NCBI GenBank assembly: GCA_964016885.1
Contig: OZ024742.1
Coordinates: 177,134,001 to 177,198,000 of the forward strand
Origin: Eledone cirrhosa
Taxonomy: Eukaryota
DNA: 64,000 bases
Direction of reading: 5' to 3'
In this document: positions 1 through 13,534 of the stretch, piece by piece
Layout of the letters: every line of letters begins with the position of its first letter
How positions within the stretch are numbered: position 1 is the stretch's first letter
Notes under the pieces: model-generated
Told to the model about the DNA's origin: nothing
Databases searched by the model: none
The model's input: only the letters and a program-made list of their open reading frames with translations
Position numbers and translations under genes: made by a program

Positions 1-59
<59 letters not shown>

Positions 60-138
60 GATAATATTAAGAAAATAGATAGGAATAAAAAATATCGTTC
101 AGCAAAAAACGATTATCGGCAATATATAATAATAATAA

Positions 139-320
139 TTGTTTCTATTTTTGGCACAAGGCCACCAATTATCGCAGTATATTACTGGTACTTTATTTTA
201 TTTGACCTCGTAAGGATGAAAAGCAAAGCTAACCTCGGCGGGATTTGAACTCTGACCGTAAAGGGCCGTAACTCTATGCTGCAAAGCATGACGTCCAACC
301 CTCTACTGATACTGCCAATC
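139..320 (-). mobile_element. tRNA-derived SINE (young family, copy 1)
   Basis: Minus strand reads TGGCAGTATCAG (Pol III A-box-like), GAGTTCAAATCC (B-box), a central TTTCATCCTTACG...AAATAAAGTACCAG domain and a (TTA)n-type tail. Near-identical copies at 10227, 21486, 23580, 24611, 30866, 40255, 43037. Confidence 0.9.
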
Positions 321-336
321 AATAATAATAAGAGTA

Positions 337-399
<63 letters not shown>

Positions 400-1130
400 A
401 TAATTTAGGCCCAAAACCAGCAAATTTGCGGTAAGTGCAACATTGATTAAATCGACCTTCGTACATACCAAGTACATTCTTTTTCTAGAAGAAAAACCTC
501 TATATTCAACTCATTCAACTGCAACCAACATATGACTATCTTCGCCACAGATTCCACATGCTCATTATTTTCAGAAGAAGGCGTTGTTTCGATTTCTACA
601 AGAGGATCGGCTAACAACAGAAGCCGTCTTGCATTGGATACAAGTTGTATCGGCATCAGTACAGAAATCAGCTACCCACAAACCCTGGATGATTGTGTGC
701 CAGACGATTTCATCATATTGCGCGGATGTCGGAAGGGTTCAGCTACTGATAACTCCAGAACGGTCGTGCGTGTAAAGTTTATCTTGAACGAAGTCAGTAC
801 TAGACCAGGGAGTTTTGGAAATCATCCATAATATCCGACAGGAAAGACTTCCAGAAAATACTACTAAGATTGCCTTGGCCGATACCTGAATCGCTGTGAG
901 GCTATCAACATTCATGCCTTCATGTAATTCTCTAAAAATGCGGATATTTTCTTCTCGGCGACTATATGGTTCATCTCATAAAGAACAGTGAGTTAACCTG
1001 CCAAATGCCCTTCGATATGGTTTGCTTGATTATGCAGCACAGAAAAAGAGATAAACTGCTAAAAAGTGTGTCAAACGACGAATGTAGACAACACCTCTTC
1101 ACCATTGTCATTATCCCTATCAAACTGAAC

Positions 1131-1466
1131 CAAGTGCGTTAGTGGTACTTTATTTTATCCAGCTTGTGAGGATGTAAGGCAAATCTAAACTCGACGAGAT
1201 TTGAACACAGGACAAAAAGGACCGAAACTATATGGCCCAAAGCATATTGTCCAACGTTCTATGATACTGCAAGCCGCCGCCCTTAATAATGGATTCTGGT
1301 TTAGTTACAAGACCAGCAAATCGTTACTGGGGATTTACTTTATCGACCCTGTAGTGTTGAAAGTCAAAGCTAACATCGGTGGGATTTGAACTCAGAAACT
1401 AATGTAACTATATGCCGCAAAAGGTTTTGTCTGACGCTCTACTGGCATAGCCAACCTCGACCGCTC
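1131..1466 (-). mobile_element. two adjacent older, diverged copies of the tRNA-derived SINE superfamily
   Basis: GGTACTTTATTTTATC...GAGATTTGAAC (1131-1283) and TACTTTATCGACCC...GGGATTTGAACTCAG (1300-1466) match the young SINE with many substitutions. Confidence 0.7.
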
Positions 1467-2187
1467 ATAATAATAATAATAATAGTTTCCAATTGAGTTG
1501 CATCAATAGCAACGTTTTTATGGGTGCAACAAGTTGATTAAATTGACGCGAGAACATACCGACCCTGGTACGATGGAAGGTAAATTATGTGTGTACATAA
1601 TAAATTATGCATCGAAATATTTCGCCACCTGAACGAGACAAAATATATTCTTGTAGAGAAAATGATGTATCACTGTCTGCATAAGTTATGGTGGGTGAAG
1701 AAGACTCCAATTAACCAAGACTATCCCCACAATTTTAGAGCTAAACCTCTTTTAAGTGAGTTTAGTTAATGAAAAAAACTCCCAAGGGAGAGAACTTCTA
1801 TCACCTTGGTTGATTAAGTCTTCTTCAACAAGTATATACTATGAAGAAGCAGTGGATATTCAACTAGGTGAAAACAAATGACATGCTTCTGCCTTATTAG
1901 ATCTCGCCAGCGAAGCTTATTTACATAGACAGCTGGTTAGATTAGACAGCCATATATAGATTTAGTGAAGGAGAAGTAGTGCACATAATATGAACACTTT
2001 CATTTACGCTGAAATGCTATTACATAGGAAGGGTTAGAAAATATTTAAGAAATGTTATCAACATAAATATTTGTTGACTTCCCTCATCGACTTAAATATT
2101 CATATATTTATAGATCTTCGTCTATCTATGTATGTATCTATCTATCTAGGTAACTAAGTAACTATGTACACAGCACACACGCCTACA

Positions 2188-2258
<71 letters not shown>

Positions 2259-2295
2259 GAAAATATAATTATATATATTTATATATATGAAAATA

Positions 2296-2354
<59 letters not shown>

Positions 2355-3654
2355 TATATTCTTATACACGCACGTCACAAGCATTTTACACAAAAAACAT
2401 GCATTATTCTACTATCCCACCACTCTTTCTTTCTCTCACTCTCCATCTATCTATATGTGCCTGTACGCATTCTATATGCACTCATACACACGCATAATCG
2501 AACACATATCTATAAACCACAATTACATCTATTATTTCTGTTTTTTTTTCTGGTTTCCATAGAAAAATAGCGAAGTTTTCAACGAGATAACTTGATAGTG
2601 AATATTTGTACGTTTCCTTTTTCTTCTTTATGCCCACCATCCCGTTTACATGCAATCGATTTAATTATCTCCCTTGCCGGCACTCTTCGTTGTTTTTGAC
2701 TGAGAGGCATACACATAAAGATTCTTAACCACAAACTGTTGGAACAAAAACAAAATAATAAAAAACCCTAAAAACATATGAAAGGAAATAAAGATATAAC
2801 TATAAATAACATTTTGTGTAAAGTTATTAAAAAGGTATCAGTGATTTACTGACAATGAAATAGTCAGAATTTCTGAAAACTTCTGCAGGAACTCACGAAC
2901 AACTTTATCTCTCACAAAAATCCATATTCCGTGCGATAAACAGAGCTTTTAAGTAGCATGCATGTTAGTAAATCTTTCCTCTCAGGCATAGAAAGAAATT
3001 CCAGTGAATATGCATTGATGGAATCATGTGTATGTATGTATGAATGTATGTATGAATGAATGTATGTATGAATGTATGAATGTATGTATGTACGAATGTA
3101 TGTATGAGTGTATATATGAATGTATGTATGTCTGAACATATGTATGCATGTATGTATATATGAACATATGCATGTATGTATATATGAATATATACATGCA
3201 TATAAAATGGATGGCTGAATGTATGCATGTATGAGTAAAATTATGTACGTATGTCATGAAAGTATATATATATATATATATATATATCCATAGATATATG
3301 TACATATATATATATACATATATAGAATAAATATATATATAGATCCATATATGTACATATATATATATGTATATATCCACATATGTGTGTTAGTGTGTTT
3401 ATTTATAATAACATGGCCTATTATGGTTATAATATACACAATAATCGCATTGAGAAAATGAGATTTGATCTCTAGAGTGTTTATGATAGTGATTGCAGTT
3501 CTCACATTCAATAACTTCCTTTTCGGAACCATTTCGAAGTTGTTTCATTGCTGTAAATATGTATGTGTATAAGAACGTTAATCTCCCTATCTCTCTTTCT
3601 CGCTTTCACTACCTGTCTATCAATCGATTATCTATCTATCATTATCACTTTCAA

Positions 3655-4905
<1,251 letters not shown>

Positions 4906-6322
4906 TTAACCAAAAAGATATGTATTTATTCATGTGCATGCCTATTTAAACAATATATGTATACATATTAGCATTGAAGGAGGCATAATGTATTAAGAAA
5001 TACTTCTGCATTCAATTGCAGGGTGTTATAAATGATGCACTAGAGTAGCCAAATTTAACTCTGTGTCTCTCTCCACCCCCTTCTCTCCTTTTCCAGTACT
5101 CCCCATCCTTTTTGCTCTTTATCCCTCTTCTTTACTATTTTTTTTTATTTCTCGTTTTACTTTTCTCTCTTTCTCCCCAACCTCAACCTCAACCTCTCTC
5201 TCTCTGCCTCTCTCTCCCTCTCTCTCTCTCTCCTTCTCTCCCTCTCTCTCTCTCTCTCCCTCTCTCTCACCCTCTCTCTTTGCTGTGTTACACTTTACAG
5301 AAAAAATGACAAATGCAGTTTAGAAATATGTTTGCTTAGCTAACATTTGAGCTTTTCTCTTCCCCCAAAAAGTCGGTGGATTAGATGTTCTCCCTGAAAT
5401 AGAATGTATTAATAAAACATGAATTTGATATAAATTTCAGGGTCTGAAATAGAACCTATTATAATTCAGTGGAGATATGTGTTTTTATGGTATACTTTAT
5501 ATTATGATCTGTTGAGAAATCCAGATTATGTTAATGGAGTATTTCGTCGTTGTGATAAAATGTGCAACATGTGTAATATAAAAAAATATAATATCTTCAA
5601 TGAATGGAAAATATGCTCAATTGGAGGATTGAAGGAATTATTGAGACCGATAACGTGATAAAACAGTGATTACAATAATCATATAGGTGATGTATGCATT
5701 TCTACATTCTAAGATATCAATATGTAGATAAAAAAATTCTAATATTAGAAATAACTTTTGCCATTTAAGGATCAAAGTGAATGGTAAAATCCCAACTGTT
5801 TATTTACGCCAGTGTCATGATAAACACAGGACAGCTGAAGATGAAACAAAAACCAACGCTACATAGATTGACAATATAGAGATCACTTTGACGAATTGTG
5901 TGTATATATTGATAGTGATCGTTCAACGTATTAAAGCAATGTTGATAACCTATTATTGCTTACGAACAATGTATAAATAGGTTTGTTTTGATCATATTCC
6001 CCTACATTTATAGACTTTTACTCTTTTACTAATCTTAGTCATTAGACAGAAACCATGCTGGCAGGGCAACTTAAAGGGATTTATATAAACATATCTCTTC
6101 CCAGTATTGGTTTTTTTCATTATGTAGAACCGAAAAGATACGATTCATATATACAGTGAAAAACAGAAACGTAAGTACATATACATTAATGCAACAAATC
6201 AAAATGTATATTTAATTTTGCATGGAATCACCATGGGTGTCCGGAGATAACCATAGTTAAAAAAGGTATACAATACGTTGATAGGTGATAAGCATCTTTA
6301 TTTCATAAAGAAGTGACACACA

Positions 6323-6361
<39 letters not shown>

Positions 6362-6410
6362 ACACACAGACGAACACACATAGATACACACACACATATA
6401 TATATATATA

Positions 6411-6788
6411 TATCATAAAATATGTCGTTAGAATCACTAGATATAATATATACCATTTCCTCTCCCAATTAGCATAATTAACCATATAAAAAATCAATTA
6501 GACCAAGCTATAAGAATAAAGGCTCCTATGAAGAAATCTCCGACAAATAACCGAAAGCGGAGATTTCTTCATAGGAGCCTTTATTCTTATAGCTTGGTCT
6601 AATTGATTTTTTATATGGTTAATTATGCTAATTTTGACAGGAAATGGTATATATTATATCTAGTGATTCTAAAGACATATTTTATGATATATAGCTCTGA
6701 TTATTTAATTTATTAATGTTTCATTGAGCCACAACGTGACCCGTTGCAAAACACATATATATCTATGACTTTATATATATATGTAAAC

Positions 6789-6795
<7 letters not shown>
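6411..6795. mobile_element. fold-back non-coding element, family A (same family as 29071-30140)
   Basis: Arm 6411-6542 is the reverse complement of about 6558-6690. Sequence is shared with 29071-29583 and 29935-30140. Flanked by (TA)n. Confidence 0.85.
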
Positions 6796-6857
<62 letters not shown>

Positions 6858-6860
<3 letters not shown>

Positions 6861-7197
6861 TGTTATACTTTGGGAGGGTTATGCTGCCAATAGAAACACA
6901 CGCACCTGTAGAGTTTTGACTTCAATTTAGTATAAGTTTCCGGTTGGTTGGTTCGATAACCGGAAGATTGTTTATATATATCAAGATGATGTAGGTGAGA
7001 ACAAAGGAGAGACACAAATTAAAAACCTAGCTACTGTGGAGGTCGCAGAATGTGTGACGAAAAAGCTTTGACAATATATAAACAACCTTCCGGTGATCAA
7101 ACCAACCAAACAGCCGGAAACTTATAATAAATTGAAGTTAAAACCAACAGGGGCGTGTGTTTTTATTGACATCATGAGCATCCTAAAGTACAACATT
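6858..7197 (+). mobile_element. inverted-repeat non-autonomous Penelope-derived element, family B
   Basis: About 125-bp imperfect inverted arms (6858-6983 / 7070-7197). The spacer holds a degenerate hammerhead CTGtGGA-G-GTCGCA-gaatg-TGTGAC-GAAA-AAGCTT (7034-7068). The terminus is shared with 56807-56975 and with the 3' end of the PLE at 48511. Confidence 0.75.
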
Positions 7198-7261
7198 ATC
7201 TGTTACAACACACGGATTTGAAAAACGAATTATATACATACACACACACACACGCACACAT

Positions 7262-7306
<45 letters not shown>

Positions 7307-7324
7307 TCTTTGTATGAATATATA

Positions 7325-7940
7325 TGGTGGCTGCCAACTCGTTTTCGAGTACGGCCACTACTTTATATCCATGTAGGAGAACTCCTACTGATGCGCTGAA
7401 CGAGTGTGACTTTTTAGTCCAGCCAGCGACTTGAAAACTCTGGTACAAACACTACACTTGTGACAATTATTGACACATAGTGCTGGGCCCATGGTACCAT
7501 GTGACGACAAGTGCAGAGAGATATCCAGATATAAAGTAATGCCTGTGCCGTGAAGCTTTTATAGTGAGCAAAGGCACTGCACAAAGCCAGTCCCACTCTC
7601 TTAACCAATATGATATTTACCAAAAAGAAGAATAAGTCAACATCATTGGATACCATCAGGCTTGCAGGTTTTATATCAGAATTTTCCTTCTCCTAGAATT
7701 CTGCCTTGACAAAGGCTAAGGGTTCATCTCTCCCAGTGATTTTGGATGGCCATTGACTCTTACGAGCTCCTTTTCCCTTTGACAGGTTTTGTTTTTAGTC
7801 CTGCAGGATGTCCAAAGTCACCCTCCTCACCAAGAAACCTTGGTGGGGTTGCCAGTTTACTCGCCAGCGACCCGACCATGAGACAGGTTGTACTGGGATA
7901 CATGTTACCTGTAGCACCAACTGGGGACCTGACATGAATA
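7325..7940 (-). mobile_element. old interspersed repeat, probably an RTE-derived non-autonomous element (further copies about 8380-8690 and 11236-11560)
   Basis: The three loci share blocks in pairs or all three: GGCTGCC..CTCGTT.TCGAGTA.GGCCA, GCCTGTGC, CCCACTCTCT, AGGTTTTAT.TC.GA, CCTTCTCCTAGA, GACCATG..CAGG.TGTACTGG. The RTE affinity and strand are from recall of similar elements and are unverified. Confidence 0.55.
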
Positions 7941-8749
7941 TATATAGATGCATACATACATACATACATACATACATACATACATACATACATACAAACA
8001 TAAATGGCTGCGATAGCTGGCGCCTTCAAAATTTGCAAAACATTCTTGCGATTCAAGTGATGACAATTTCTTTTCTTTTACAACCTTGCCACCAGGAAGG
8101 TGGCCGGTCAAAAAAATATACTCGAAATTAAGAGAAAGAGATAACATGATGATGCTGGCTGCAAATCAATTTTCCAGTAATGCCATTGCTTGATACTTAA
8201 GCATGAGCATCATATGCGTGGCTTTTTAGTACTCCTAGGCACCTGCCTATGGCCAACAATACTATGCATTGATAAGAATGTCACATATCAAGCGGTGCCT
8301 GTGCTTGAAGCTCCTTTCATTGAGGAAAGGCTTTGCATGGAGCTACTCCCATCCTCTGAACATCGAATGCATTTGCCCAAAAAGAAGAATTGATCTACAG
8401 AATTGGATGCAAACGAGGTTTTATATCAGAGTGACCTTCTTCTCGAGAGATATCTATTTGACGACTCGGACTCTCTCGCTCCACAAAAAAAAAAAACTTT
8501 ACTGGATGGCCGTTGGCTCTCCTGTGTTCCCCTCCATCTGAGGGGTTTTGTTTTTCATCCCGCAGGGTGTAAAAAATCCACCTCCCACCATGCAAGCTTG
8601 TTGAGGTTGCCGCTTTAGTCGCCGATGACTCGACCATGTACAGGCTGTACTGGATAACATGTTACTAGTAGCGCTGAAGTGCCACCATGCATACATACAT
8701 ATATGGGGAATGCTTCACTTTCACAAATTATTGCTCTTACCTTTTACAA

Positions 8750-9500
8750 GCTCATCACCATTGTCTCCAACAACAATCCGTAGGTGACCTCGTAGAGCGT
8801 TTTCCATTCCAGCTGTACACTAGCTTGGTCTGTCGGAAAGATTACAGACAGAAGATATGCTCTCCGGGGGATTGATTGGATTAGTTTGTAAGATGTCTTG
8901 TTTTATATACTCTCATATGCGATTTGAGCCCAGGAATTAGTATGCTGACTATTTTCACACCACAAAAGTGGTCTCTTCCGCTCTTGAAAGGGGAGTGCTG
9001 TGTACAAGTGGTCTTTTATGTGAGTTTGAATGAGTGAATCAACCAGATTTAGGTATCTGAATATGTTTCATATATCTAGCTCCCTATATTATTGATGTGG
9101 TTCATGTTATCTGCAGTAAAAGAACGGCGCTTAAGTCATTTGTGTTAAAAAATACTGCAGCTGTTCCTCAAATGACTCCTTTTTCTAACTCTGTCTAAAT
9201 CTTGAACATCAAGCTGCAGATATTATTTTGACACTGGATATTGTGTATACACCAGAAACACTTTTGATGAAGTGTCCAAGCGCACTGAGATGTCTACGAT
9301 GTACTGTTTATGTTTCGAAACAGTTCGAAAGAACAATTAATGTGCAAATTTTGTAAACTCAAATTTTGGTCTTGTTAGTGATGCCACGTTTTACCCATAC
9401 TCTCTTTTCCAATTTTTCAAACGCAGCAGAATATTTCTGTATTTTTGCGGCTACCGAACTATCTCTCGAAAATATATTGCCCAGGTGAACTAATTTTCAT
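8750..9500 (-). pseudogene. RTE (BovB-like) LINE reverse-transcriptase C-terminal fossil
   Basis: Manual minus-strand translation from about 9497: KLVHLGNIFSRDSSVAAKIQKYSAAFEKLEKRVWVKRGITNKTKI*VYKICTLIVLSNCFET*TVHRRHLSALGHF. This matches the RTE pattern F.YLGS..SRD....I.KAS.AFG.L..RVW..RGI...TKI.VY....LLY..ETWT.YRRH. Contains stops and frameshifts. Confidence 0.8.
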
Positions 9501-10226
9501 TTTATATATAATATTCATCTTATTTGAATTAGAGAAAGAAGGTAGTACTAAATCATTTCATGACAATGCCCTAACGCGGCCAGACTCTTATAACTGAAAT
9601 AAGTAAAGGGCTACAGTAATAAGAAATGAAAAAAAGTATATATAATTGTAATAACATTCATTCATGTAGCGTTAATTTGAATCATATTTGAATTGGCGAA
9701 AGAAGAAGTTTGTAAGAAAAGACGAATGAAAAATAAAGAAAAAATATATATGATTTGACGAAAAAACATTTTATGATATCAATATAGAATACAAATGATA
9801 CAAAACGATATCCAAGATATATATCATGATTTTTTAGTGAAGAAAAAAGTATTTTTAAAATATAGACGATCTGATATCACTTGCGGAAATATGATACCAT
9901 CATTATAGATTGTTCGAGCAAGCCATTTTACTTCGGATTGAAAACTATATTCATATAAAAATGAGAAGAACACAAAATATAATCCAGCTCAACATATCTT
10001 CTCAACTGACATAAATTAACATTGTTTTCTTATCTGAAGTGTGGAGGTAGCTGGTGGGGTTGGTGATGCTAGGGTGCTGGTTGTAGTCACTGCAATGGAT
10101 GTGAAATTGGTGGTGATGGTGCGCTACTAAGTGCTGTTCTTGTTGGTGGATACGTGTGCTGGCGATGTTGATAATGGAGAGTGAATTATATATATATAAA
10201 ACAGAAGTACTTTTTATATATATAAC

Positions 10227-10410
10227 TGTTTCTACTTTTGGCACAAGGCCAGCAATTAGCCAGTACATTACTGGTACTCTATTTTATCGACCCGGTAAGG
10301 ATGAAAAGCAAAGTGAACCTCGGCGGGATTTGAACTCAGACCGTAAAGGGACGTAACTATGCTGGAAAGCATGGCGGCCGACTCTCTACCGATACTGCCA
10401 ATCCACCCCC
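10227..10410 (-). mobile_element. tRNA-derived SINE (young family)
   Basis: Full-length match to the copy at 139-320, with A and B boxes on the minus strand. Confidence 0.92.
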
Positions 10411-12173
10411 CTTTTATATATGAAACATGTTTCAGATAGGATCAATCTGGAGCCAAATCAGCTGAAGGTAGATATAGATACGTAGAAATCGGTTGTCATA
10501 CGTTAACATAAAAGAAATCAGCCGTCAAATGGTAATCTGTAAGTATATATTAAAATAGTATAAATAGGTATTTGTAGCTATGGATATTCAAGTATTTATA
10601 AAAGACAAGAAATACTAAATAGGGATATTTATTGTCATATATTTCAGGGAATAAGATCTCAGTAGAAAATATGTTTAAGTGTATATATATATATTCAGCG
10701 CTACACAAGGTAGATCGGAAAACAGACGCATGCACATACGCGTTAACACATACATACATACATACATACATACATACATACATACATACATACATACATA
10801 CATGCATACATAATACATACATACATACAGATATACATACAGAAAGAAAGACACAACTAGTGAGGAAATTACAAGTACAATCCATTAATGCGACAGTAAA
10901 AATATGTAAATCATTCCAAAAATGTTGCATCTAATAACTGCATATACACATGTACAGATACAAAGCATATATACATGCACACATACAACTCAAAATATAC
11001 ACATCCACACATACAATAACATCCATATCTACACATGCATGCATACATACGTATCTACCTAATTGATGTTGTGTAAATTCCAATGACAGAGTCTTGTGTC
11101 TATGTTAGAAACCGACTCTCTCTCTATTGGTAAAACTTTGTGAAATTATAAAACCAGAAGAACATACAACCATACATACACACACACATACACACACACA
11201 TACATACATATATATATACATATATCCATACATGATGGCTGCCCCCTCGTTATCGAGTATGGCCATTGCGCGATATTACGTTATTAATAATTGTCAATTA
11301 ATGCTATCATGCAATGCCTGTGCGTGATGATTTTTTTTTAAAGTGAGGAAAGACTATGAACTGAGCCAATCCCACTCTCTAAGCGAGAGTAGCTATAACC
11401 CGAAAAGAAGAAAAGATCAACATCATCGGTAACTACTGAGCCGCAGGTTTTATGTCGGAGTTAGCCCAGTTTCCTGAGTTGCCTTCTCCTAGAAGAATGC
11501 CCTGACAAATGCTAGGGGTCTTTCACTACCAGTGGCTTAATCAGGTGATCGGGTATCCAGCCCGATTATTTCTATGTCCCTGTACATATACATACACATG
11601 CATACATATATATACATATATACATATATGTATATACGCACATACACATGCATGCATGTATGTACATATTTACACATTTTGGGATCGCCCATACATGCAT
11701 ACATACTTACAAAGAAGATGCATATATAACAGGGTGGTCAACATTAGCCGAAACAATATTTGTTTCCAAGAACAAAGACACCCACATGGCAAAAACATAG
11801 ATTTATAAAATTATACAAGAAATAAAAATTGGAAGAGAGGATTGATAATTTCTCAGAAATTCAGTTTTAAAATTAATTCTTCTTAATACGAGGTAAAATA
11901 TAATAGTAATTACAAAGCCACTTTGAATCTAGATATATGGTTAATTTGTAACTTAATTATTTATCTATACTAACATCCTTCACTTCCGATAGTTTAAATT
12001 GATAACAATCATTATAACATTATAGTCTCATATGTATACATTTTATACAAACTTTTGCAGAACACTCGAATATATAAATCTATTTAAGTCACCAAACAAT
12101 AATTGTTCAACTATCTATCTTCCTGTACTTATACATTTATTGATATCTGAATGTATTCTAAGATAATACATAT

Positions 12174-12351
<178 letters not shown>

Positions 12352-12356
12352 GTGTG

Positions 12357-12402
<46 letters not shown>

Positions 12403-12405
<3 letters not shown>

Positions 12406-13181
12406 GTATATATATATATAATTAAGTATGTGTGTGTCTGTATTACATATAGGGGCCTACATCTTCCGAAAGATTTTCATGAAACTTTACAGGCTCATAA
12501 ATTAGTCATCGTGGAGTGTTTTCTATATATCAGCGTATCATTTTTTTTATTCCGGGGTCATTCTGCAGATAAAAATCAATAAGGGGGGGGGGGGGCACCT
12601 TATGGTGTCGAAGTATAAGATTGTTGGCTCTAGCTCCCATATTTTGCCAACAATTTCGTTCAAATTTTAAAGCACATCCTGTAATGGTTTTAGATTTTGC
12701 ATTTGTTGTTCAGGGACGGCGTGGCAGCCGCTTAAATATTCAAAAATACCACTTTTAGACTCAAATTTCAACTTTTTCGGTCCAAGCGCCCACATTAATC
12801 AACCTACTTTGTTCAAATATTACACTACGCTAGATCTGATTATCTGATGTCTTCAGGTGACTTTATATTTTGGATTTTTTGTTGAGGAAGGGCGTGGCAG
12901 CTGCTTAAATATTCGAAAATACCAACCTTTCGCTCAAATTTCCGCCTTTTCGTCTCTAGCTCCCACATTTTTCAACCGATTTCGTTCAAATTCGTAACTC
13001 CCTCGCCCAGCATGCGCCTTCGTCAGTCACCCGCGTTTCTCAGTGGTAGTCATTACCACCCTCTCCAGCAACGCCTGTGTGGCCATTCATGATTTATCGA
13101 GAAGCAGTCGCTAAGATCAACACATTTTCATCAAAGCAGATATTATTTTACCTACCCAGGCAACGCTGGGTACTGCTGCTA

Positions 13182-13182
<1 letters not shown>
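12403..13182 (+). mobile_element. non-autonomous Helitron with internal ~175-bp repeats
   Basis: 5' TC at 12403 follows an A. The 3' subterminal hairpin ACCCAG-gcaacg-CTGGGT (13154-13171) is followed by CTAG (13179-13182) and then T. No TSD; inserted in (TA)n. Confidence 0.8.
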
Positions 13183-13234
<52 letters not shown>

Positions 13235-13402
13235 AAATTGGTGTTGGATGCTTAAAGAATGGAGATGTATCTGAGGATCTTGCGATTTTAGAGTCAGGTT
13301 CAATCATTTTATCGATCGTGCCACGAGCTGGTCGCCAGAGAAATGATTTAAATATGTATACTAAATTTTATTCGTGGCACCACTGATTCTCCGTTTCTCA
13401 TT

Positions 13403-13489
<87 letters not shown>

Positions 13490-13534
13490 GAAAGAGGGAC
13501 AGATAGATAGATAGATAAATAGATAGATAGATAG

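Noticed and set aside
139-320. tRNA gene or CRISPR-like interpretation of the recurring ~185-bp sequence
   Set aside because: Copies are dispersed in both orientations, have Pol III boxes but no evident cloverleaf, and have simple-repeat tails. They are SINEs in a eukaryotic context.
532-910. 99-aa ORF and neighbouring frames with faint resemblance to a Tc1/mariner DD37D C-terminus (KPW, SATDNSRT, GRYLNRCEAI)
   Set aside because: No catalytic motifs or TIRs are recognisable; similarity is too weak to call without a profile search.
1670-1860. Imperfect inverted repeat (GAAGAAGACT..AATTAACCAAG / CTTGGTTGATT.AGTCTTCTTC)
   Set aside because: Short, single copy, no TSD; could be an old MITE but cannot be supported.
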